Source: an uncultured Verrucomicrobiae bacterium (lineage in GTDB: Bacteria > Verrucomicrobiota > Verrucomicrobiia > Chthoniobacterales > UBA10450). From it: a stretch of DNA of 64,000 bases. The DNA lies in contig CAVWCZ010000006.1 of assembly GCA_963753675.1 (NCBI GenBank), positions 173,426 to 237,425 of the forward strand. The letters run 5' to 3'. This document shows, in pieces, positions 57,186 to 64,000 of this stretch. A program made the position numbers and the translations under genes. Numbering within the stretch: position 1 is the first letter of the stretch; every line of letters begins with the position of its first letter. The notes below the pieces were generated by a model. It did not search any database and was not told where the DNA came from. It saw only the letters and a program-made list of their open reading frames with translations.

Positions 57186-58682
57186 ATGAAATTTCTCACA
57201 CGCCGTTTCTCCGCGGTCCCGGGAACGGCCGCGCTTTTCTTCATTCAAATTTTCGCGACGCTGGGCTTCGCCGTCCTTTACTCGACTCTGGTCCTCTACG
57301 CGACGAAGCACCTGCAGCTCCCGGTGAAAGTGGCCACGACGCTGATGGGCGTGTTCGGTGCTTTCAATTACGGTCTGCATCTCTTCGGCGGGTACCTTGG
57401 CGGCCGCTTCCTTTCGAACCGGACCCTGTTTGTCGGAGGCATGGCACTGCAGGTATTCGGCTGCGCTTGCATCGCTACCGGCACGCTGGCGCTGTTCTAT
57501 TTCGGCCTCGCCCTTTTTCTCACCGGCAGCGGCCTCAATGTCACCTGCATCAACATGATGCTCACGCAGTGTTTCACTCCGGAAGACCCGCGCCGCGAAG
57601 GCGCCTTTCTTTGGAATTATGCCGGCATGAACGTCGGCTTCTTCATCGGGTTCAGCGTCGCCGGCCATTTCCAGGCCACCGAGAGTTACTCCAGCCTCTT
57701 CATTTTCGCGACGCTTGGCAACTTCGTCGCCATCATCCTGGCTGCGCTGACTTGGAAAACGCTTGCTGATCGCAACACCATCCTGCTCGAAAAAACGCGA
57801 GAGCAGTTCCGGTTGCGCCAGCTCGCCGGGGTCGGCATTCTCATCGGCCTGGTGCCGGTCGTGTGGTTCATGCTCCAACGGCCCGGGGGGACCGAGATGA
57901 TTATAAAGGGAATCTGTGCTGCTGTCGCGCTCACACTGATTTACCTCACGGTCCGCCATCGGGATCGCCGCGAGCGTCGGAACATGACGGCCTACCTGAT
58001 TCTGACCCTCGGCTCGCTGATGTTCTGGTCGCTCTACCAAATGGCGCCGAACGGCCTGATGCTGTTTGCCGTCAACAACGTCGACCTGATGGTCGGTTCC
58101 GTGAAGATTCAGCCTCAGTGGATTCAGAACATCAACACTGTTTGCATCGTGCTCGGCGGACCGGTGCTGGCATCGCTCTTCACCCGCCTGCGTGCGCGCG
58201 GGTGGAGAATCGACATCCCCAAGCAGTTCGCAGCGTCGCTGCTGTTGATGGCGGTTGCCTTTCTCATTCTGCCGGTAGGCATCAAGCTGGCGGGCGCGGA
58301 CGGAAAGAGCGCGTTCGTGTGGTTGTTTGGGAGCTACGTGCTGCAGAGCATCGGTGAACTGCTCATCTCTCCAATTGGATACGCCATGATCGGCAAGCTT
58401 GCCCCAAGGCTTTACCAGGGGATCATGATGGGCAGCTGGATGCTGGTCACCGGCCTGGCGTCGCTCTTTGCCGGCGACTTTTCGGGAATGATTCCCAATC
58501 CGGTGGGGACAACCGCGGCCGCCACGAATGCCGGTTATGCGAAACTCTTCACCGAGCTTGGCCTCGGCAGCCTCGCAGTCGGTGTTGCGCTCGTCGTGTT
58601 GATTCCGTTCCTGCGCAAGCTGATCACCGACAAGGCCGAGGCGGCTCCCCTCGAAGCAGCGACCGTCGTTCCCGTCGCCTAA
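57186..58682 (+). CDS. POT/PTR2 family di-tripeptide:proton symporter
   Basis: 498 aa with 14 TM helices and GGYLGGRFLSNRTLFVGG ExxER-region-like motifs. The long antisense ORF 56949..58685 is Arg-rich and was rejected. Confidence 0.85.
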   Translation: MKFLTRRFSAVPGTAALFFIQIFATLGFAVLYSTLVLYATKHLQLPVKVATTLMGVFGAFNYGLHLFGGYLGGRFLSNRTLFVGGMALQVFGCACIATGTLALFYFGLALFLTGSGLNVTCINMMLTQCFTPEDPRREGAFLWNYAGMNVGFFIGFSVAGHFQATESYSSLFIFATLGNFVAIILAALTWKTLADRNTILLEKTREQFRLRQLAGVGILIGLVPVVWFMLQRPGGTEMIIKGICAAVALTLIYLTVRHRDRRERRNMTAYLILTLGSLMFWSLYQMAPNGLMLFAVNNVDLMVGSVKIQPQWIQNINTVCIVLGGPVLASLFTRLRARGWRIDIPKQFAASLLLMAVAFLILPVGIKLAGADGKSAFVWLFGSYVLQSIGELLISPIGYAMIGKLAPRLYQGIMMGSWMLVTGLASLFAGDFSGMIPNPVGTTAAATNAGYAKLFTELGLGSLAVGVALVVLIPFLRKLITDKAEAAPLEAATVVPVA

Positions 58683-58705
58683 CAAGTCGGCGAATTCCGG
58701 GAGCG

Positions 58706-58724
58706 CAGGCTGCCAGCCTGTTTT
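58706..58724 (+). terminator. possible intrinsic terminator after the POT gene
   Basis: caggct-gcc-agcctg followed by TTTT. Confidence 0.4.
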
Positions 58725-58770
58725 AGCCGCCGGTCAAAAAGAAAACTCCGAACGCGTTGACTCATTCAGC

Positions 58771-60009
58771 TCAGGTCAGCGGACAATGGAAGAAATAAAA
58801 ATTAACCAAAGTGCAGATCGCCAGGATCGTTCCAAGAAAGGCAAGGTCTGCCAGCAAGCCAAAAACTGCACAGGCGCCTTCAACCAGACCTGCACCCACC
58901 GCAATGAGGGCAGCCACGAGAGCAACACCTACTACTGCAACTATCCAACCCAAAATAACCATGAAGAGCTTTAGCAAATCGCAGAAGTGTTGATCAACCA
59001 GGATCCAGTGGGAGCACAGGATCAGCCATAAAATGAGAGACAAAAGGGTGATCATTCCGGCTACAACTGCCAGGGTAATCGTCGCGGGGTGGGGAGCGCA
59101 GAACGCTACGACGATGAGAATAAGTGTGATGATGATCAGGATCACATTCATGATCATCCAAACAAAGCACATGTCCAAGCCCGCCTGATTTTCGACAGGA
59201 GGCGTGGCGCTCGGCGATTGGCCGCTAGTCGGCGATTGAGTAGCAGTCGGCGATGGCGCACTGGAGGGCGGCCGAGTGGCAGTCGGCGATGGAGAACTTC
59301 CACTGCCCGGCGGTCCCGGACAACCCTGTAAGAAAATCGCTGCGTTCAGATGACATTGGCCAACCGATCCGTTGAGGCTGACTGTTGTCGTGTTGGCATT
59401 TGTTATCGAAACAGGAAATCCCTCGGAGGGATTTACGACGGACATTTGGTATACGTTGTTTAGGAACCAATCCCAATCGGCGTTTGAAGACACCGGAACC
59501 TGCTCGTTCACTTTCACGGTGTAGGTGCCCGGTGCCAGACACGGAGTGGGATCGACGAGTTCGCCATTCGCCGTGTGAACCGAAAGAGATATTGAAGGAG
59601 GGCAGGAATTCTGACAGTCGATTTGCCCGCGGAGCTCCTGACCACAATTCGGGTCGTCGGTACAAAAAAGGATGCCTTTAAAGTTCCGGCTCTGACAGAC
59701 AAAATTATTCTGCAACATCGTAGCGGTGACGCCGTCACCAGGTCCGAATTCCACAGCGAAAGGCGAGCCAGGAGTCACTGCTTGTGACTTGTCCGGGAGT
59801 TGAGGATTCGTAAATCGGACCGTCACCGAATTGCATCCAGTCGCAACGCCGTGAACGACGATACCGTCGTGATTGGCATTGGGAGTGAAGGACAGATTAC
59901 CTATGGTGCACTGCGCGTTGAGCCGCTCGTGTCCAAAAAGGCAGAATAAGGCGAAGGAAACAAGGAGAGTTGTTTTCCTGCGGTAGCTGGACAGGCCTAA
60001 CAAGGACAT
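58771..60009 (-). CDS. hypothetical protein: signal peptide, Cys-rich ectodomain, P/S/T linker, C-terminal block of about 5 TM helices
   Basis: 412 aa from ATG 60009. Linker PGPPGSGSSPSPTATRPPSSAPSPTATQSPTSGQSPSATPP. The hydrophobic C-terminal third is rich in I/L/V. No family recognised. Confidence 0.55.
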   Translation of the reverse strand: MSLLGLSSYRRKTTLLVSFALFCLFGHERLNAQCTIGNLSFTPNANHDGIVVHGVATGCNSVTVRFTNPQLPDKSQAVTPGSPFAVEFGPGDGVTATMLQNNFVCQSRNFKGILFCTDDPNCGQELRGQIDCQNSCPPSISLSVHTANGELVDPTPCLAPGTYTVKVNEQVPVSSNADWDWFLNNVYQMSVVNPSEGFPVSITNANTTTVSLNGSVGQCHLNAAIFLQGCPGPPGSGSSPSPTATRPPSSAPSPTATQSPTSGQSPSATPPVENQAGLDMCFVWMIMNVILIIITLILIVVAFCAPHPATITLAVVAGMITLLSLILWLILCSHWILVDQHFCDLLKLFMVILGWIVAVVGVALVAALIAVGAGLVEGACAVFGLLADLAFLGTILAICTLVNFYFFHCPLT

Positions 60010-60235
60010 AACGCAAGGCAACTCATCCAGTTTGTATCAGCCGAAGGCGCGCTCACAACTAAAATTTTATCACGAAAACCCGGGGCCGGGATGCCTCTGG
60101 TCGAAGCAACTACCGTGGTGGAGTTGAGCCTGCTCGATTTACCTCTTCAAAATCGCGATCACAGCAGTGATCATCGAGAACGAAAAGATGACACCTTCCT
60201 GATCCGAAAAATGAATGTTAGATGTTAGATCTAAG

Positions 60236-61468
60236 ATGAAAGCTGCCTGCCTCGTTCTGCTAGCCTGTGTCGCCACCTTTGCGTTGCCGGCACAGGGGCA
60301 GCGGGACGGGGTGATCAATGACCCGAATGGTTTCGTCAATGTCCGCGCCGAAAAAAGCGCGGATGCCACCGTGATTGCAACGGTGAAAACCGGCGAACTG
60401 TTTACGTTCGAGGCGGAAGACGACGACTGGTGCAAAGTTACACTGAAGTCGGGCAGGTCCGGCTGGATGCAGCTCAGTCGCATTCGCCTTCATTTCACCG
60501 GGAAAGATTTGCCGAGTGACGAGAAGGATCCCGCCGGCGAATCGGAGATCGGCCAATTCGCGCATGGGCGAGGATTCAAATATGGCGCGGTCACCCGGCG
60601 AGCGGCTCATGGCGAGGCAAAGGCGCTGAAACAGTTTTTCTCCCTCGCGCAAGATGCCGACGGCGCAGCGGCGGAGAGCATCTCGGGTGTTCCCACGGTG
60701 GTCTATCACATTCTAGGCGACGAGAAGTTTTCGAAATTCCTGCTCGCTCAGCCTTTGCCCTATCGGATGATGGTACGAAACCGAATTCTGAGCGATGGCC
60801 TAATCCCTCATGCCACTCTGTATCTCAGTCGAAATTTTCCGCTAACAACCAGGGCGCTGTTTCAACGCGAGATCGTCGATTGGTTTTCGCCTAACGACCT
60901 TTATGCCATCCGCAAAGTTTTCACCGACGAGTTAGAGTTGGCCGGATCGAAAGTTGAACGAGCCGAGCTGATCGAAAAGAAGACCGGCCGGGTGCTATTG
61001 GATCTGACGTCCGACGACATCGGCACGGGCGCGCAGCGCGAAGGCGAAGCTCTCTGGTCGCCCGATTCGAAACGAGTCGCCTGCCTCTCGAGCGACTTGA
61101 CCGATCAGCGCGGCAACTTGTTCAGCACGCCGCGCCCGGCGCCGCAGAAGAAACAGACCGCGGTTTACCAGCTCTCCGGTGACTCATTCACCCATGTCGA
61201 GCTACCCATGGGCGAAGTTCCCGGGCGCGATAAGGACACCGAACTGGAGCGCGCAATTCTCGGCCACGAGTATACCGAGCCGATCCGTTGGCAGAAGCCA
61301 AACGTGCTCGTTCTCGAGAGACACGAATATTACGAGGTGATGAAACCCACGGAGATCGGCAACGTAAAGTTCGAGTCGATACACGGCTTGAGCCGTCTGT
61401 ATCAAATCACCGCTATCATCGACGCGGATGGAAAGGCGACACTTGCCTGGAAACTCCGCAAGAACTGA
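60236..61468 (+). CDS. secreted protein with N-terminal bacterial SH3 domain
   Basis: Signal peptide, then VINDPNGFVNVRAEKSADATVIATVKTGELFTFEAEDDDWCKVTLKSGRSGWM (SH3_3-like). The rest is unassigned. Confidence 0.6.
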   Translation: MKAACLVLLACVATFALPAQGQRDGVINDPNGFVNVRAEKSADATVIATVKTGELFTFEAEDDDWCKVTLKSGRSGWMQLSRIRLHFTGKDLPSDEKDPAGESEIGQFAHGRGFKYGAVTRRAAHGEAKALKQFFSLAQDADGAAAESISGVPTVVYHILGDEKFSKFLLAQPLPYRMMVRNRILSDGLIPHATLYLSRNFPLTTRALFQREIVDWFSPNDLYAIRKVFTDELELAGSKVERAELIEKKTGRVLLDLTSDDIGTGAQREGEALWSPDSKRVACLSSDLTDQRGNLFSTPRPAPQKKQTAVYQLSGDSFTHVELPMGEVPGRDKDTELERAILGHEYTEPIRWQKPNVLVLERHEYYEVMKPTEIGNVKFESIHGLSRLYQITAIIDADGKATLAWKLRKN

Positions 61469-61540
61469 CAAGCAACATACCGGAGAAGACCAGGCGCTGG
61501 TGATATCGCCAAGAGAGTCGTTCCGCGCTCGACGCTCGTC

Positions 61541-63114
61541 TTAATTGGCGGGTTTACCCACAGCAATGGTGGAGGAACGCTGATCTGCCACGTAAATCCA
61601 ACCTTTGTCGTCAACCGCGACTGCGACGGGATCATCAAACGGAGATTCATTGTGAACGTCGCGCAATGTTTTTACCACCCCACCGGGTGTAATCTTGCGG
61701 ATGTTCTTATTCCCATCGTCGGCCACATACACGTTTCCGGCGGAATCGACTGCGATAGCTTGGGGATTCCTGAAAAGTGCCGCTGACCCGTCCCGTCCGT
61801 GCTACCTTCTTTATTGGGCGAACCGGCCAGCGTTGTGACGATCCCACCTCTGTCAATTCTGCGGACCGTTACCCTATCAACTACATAGAGATTGCCTTTA
61901 TCATCGAAGGCGACACCGGACGGAAAACTAAAGCGAGCCGACTTTGCTTGTCCGTCGACGGTCCCGTTGGTCCCAGGTTTCCCGGCCACGGTCGTAACGC
62001 TGCCGTCCGGAGCAATTTTCCGAATCACGAAATTGTTCGAGTCGGCTACAAACACGTTTCCATCCTTATCAAGAGCGATTCCCAGCGGGTTGTTAAAGTG
62101 GTCGACACTGCCGAAGCCAAGTTTCCGCTCCTCGGTTGCCGGTGTGCCAGCAAGAGTGCTGACAGCGCCGGCAGGAGTAACCTTTCGAACCGCCTGACCG
62201 GAGGAATCCGCTACGTAGACGTTACCCGAGGCATCCACCGCAATGCCTACCGGATACCAGAAGCGCGCTGCCTCACCGGTTCCATCCACTCTTCCATACT
62301 TTCCCGGAGATCCGGCGAGCGTGGTGACAATTCCCTTTCTCGAAATTTTCCGGATGAGATGATTACCACGATCTGCCACAAAAATATTTCCCGACGAGTC
62401 CACGGCGAGACCGTGCGGCCACTTGAATTTGGCGGTCGCGCCCGCGCCGTCAGCGCGGCCCTCGGTTCCTCCTGCGAGCACGGTGAAAGCATAATTTTCG
62501 TAGTCATATTCCGGCTCCGGTTCGGCTTTTGGCGCGATCGTTTCAACAAACGCCAGACGCGGTTTGGGGCTGCGGGCCAGCCCACAAATCACTTCGTATA
62601 ATTCTCCGGTGTTTCCCTGATAGGTGAACTTCAATCTATTCCCCGACAACCACTCCAAAGCGGAGAGATAATCCTGCGACTTTCCGCCCTCCGTGTTTGC
62701 TTGCGCGCGCACCTGATCGATCGCCTTTTCCGGCAGATCAACTTCCTTCCATGATCCGCCCTTCGAGACAAAGACTCGGGACACGGTGATGTTCCGTCCT
62801 TCGTCGATATTGAGGGCGAAAGCGCTGGAGTCTTTGTTCCACACAGCTGAAATCCGGTAGCGAGAATCGCTCGCCTGAAAGTCGCCGTGAGAAAATCGAC
62901 CCACCACGTTTCCTTTGCGCAGAGTCTTGAGCACAACCTGGCATCCCTCGTCGTTATCCACGCCGATACCTTCGAGTCGGTAGCGGCCGTCAGGCGACGT
63001 CGCGTCCTCGATCTTAACTGGAACATTCGCATCTGCCTGGCTGACGAGGATCGAGCTCAAAAGGAACGTTAGGAGTATTCTCATCTGTTTGTGAACCATA
63101 CCGTAGCTGGTCAC
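61541..63114 (-). pseudogene. NHL repeat beta-propeller protein with a 1-nt frameshift near 61792
   Basis: Repeats of the type GNIFVADRGNHLIRKI / GNVYVADSSGQAVRKV. After the frameshift, the repeat NVYVADDGNKNIRKITPGGV continues in ORF 61541..61732. Confidence 0.7.
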
Positions 63115-63355
63115 GAAATGTCCCGTCTCTGCGGCGCGATCTTCCTACTTGATCTTTCCCGCGCAAACAACGCAAAAATCTCAATCCGATTCCGCCGCCA
63201 AAACGACCCGGATAAAAAAGCGACGCTCGCTTGGAAGCTTCGCAAAGCCCACTGTGGGCACCGTCCACAGTGGTAGCGTTCCTGGGATTCTCAGTAAACG
63301 ACTGAAAAGGCGTGCTTGATCCGCGCAAGGTCGTTGTTCACTTTTGCCGCGATCT

Positions 63356-64000
63356 CATGCGCAATCCACATCGGTCGCGGAACATCGCGCTCGGCTTTTT
63401 CGTATCAGGCTGTCTCGCGATATTAGGTGCTTTTCTCCTGCCGGCAGCGACGGCGAACGGTTCGCTAAAAGGGATGCTCTTCATCTATGGAGCTACGAGC
63501 ATTCTTTTCGGCGGTGGCTCGGCGTTGTTCCGGCATTTCGATGCACGGGCGAAGGAAGCCATTGCGCGTGGAGAAGACATCATCGCCCGCTGGAAGATCG
63601 ATCCTGCGACCTGGCACGAGTTTATCGCGATCGATCGCCAACGGAGCCGGGATCCCGGCGCACTTCCGAACGAGCTCGACGCGCCCAATGAAATTCCGGT
63701 CGATGGGGTCGAAGTCATCGCTGCGAAATCCTCGGTGCAGATTGGCGACAGCATTCATCGACTGCCACGGCGTGGGACTCCCGAAATCACTGCTGCCGTA
63801 CTCCATGATGGTAGTCCAGCGTTCGTCGAACTACTGCTTTACTATCCGGGCGGAGGGCACGGAGCATCTGGCGTCCCGCGGTCGTCGACTCGCACGGCGT
63901 TGCGGTTTCCGGTTGGACGAGATGCATGGGAACAGGCTGAAATTGTGGTCGCCCATTTTCGCGGAGACACGCCCGGGGAAGCGGATTGTTTTCACGGGAA
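63356..64000 (+). CDS. hypothetical membrane protein, partial (runs off right edge)
   Basis: Own translation from ATG 63356: MRNPHRSRNIALGFFVSGCLAILGAFLLPAATANGSLKGMLFIYGATSILFGGGSALF... It stays open for 215 codons to the window end. It is not in the ORF track. Confidence 0.5.

Noticed and set aside
56949-58685. 578-aa minus-strand ORF antisense to the POT transporter
   Set aside because: The sequence is Arg/Glu/Gln-rich and low in complexity, with no TM helices or motifs. The plus-strand frame is a clear 14-TM POT protein.

Overview
This 64-kb chromosomal window has about 57 percent GC and is read by eye only. Gene content and repeat style suggest a soil PVC or Verrucomicrobia-like bacterium, but that is an inference I cannot confirm.

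**Housekeeping and envelope genes**
- rfbB, and a GT-C glycosyltransferase
- a PpiD-like chaperone
- peptidases of families M13, M24 and S10
- two tandem TraB/GumN paralogs
- a cell-wall amidase and mtgA
- thiC behind a clear TPP riboswitch
- an MscS channel, and MFS and POT transporters
- a SWIM-SNF2 helicase

**Accessory content**
- Several small toxin-antitoxin-like pairs: VapBC, MazEF, DUF4258/DUF2283, DUF4160/DUF2442, and nucleotidyltransferase pairs.
- One IS110-family element.
- At least three families of hairpin (REP-like) repeats.
- Small single-gene cassettes: GIY-YIG nuclease, four-helix-bundle S23-IVS protein, and a wHTH regulator.

**Most unusual signal**
Gene-end duplication is recurrent. 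The 3-prime or 5-prime ends of intact genes reappear as displaced remnants a few hundred bp to 11.6 kb away. The affected genes are the S10 peptidase, thiC, the MFS transporter, a 5-prime-3-prime exonuclease, a small membrane protein, and possibly an SH3 protein. The remnants often lie next to hairpin repeats or the small cassettes. Hairpin repeats also appear to sit in frame inside essential-looking genes (thiC, the exonuclease, mtgA, the SNF2 helicase).

**Limits**
- Several genes carry apparent frameshifts or an in-frame stop, which could be real decay or assembly error.
- I saw no rRNA, tRNA or CRISPR array.
- Two ORFs that run off the window edges are missing from the supplied ORF track and were added by hand.
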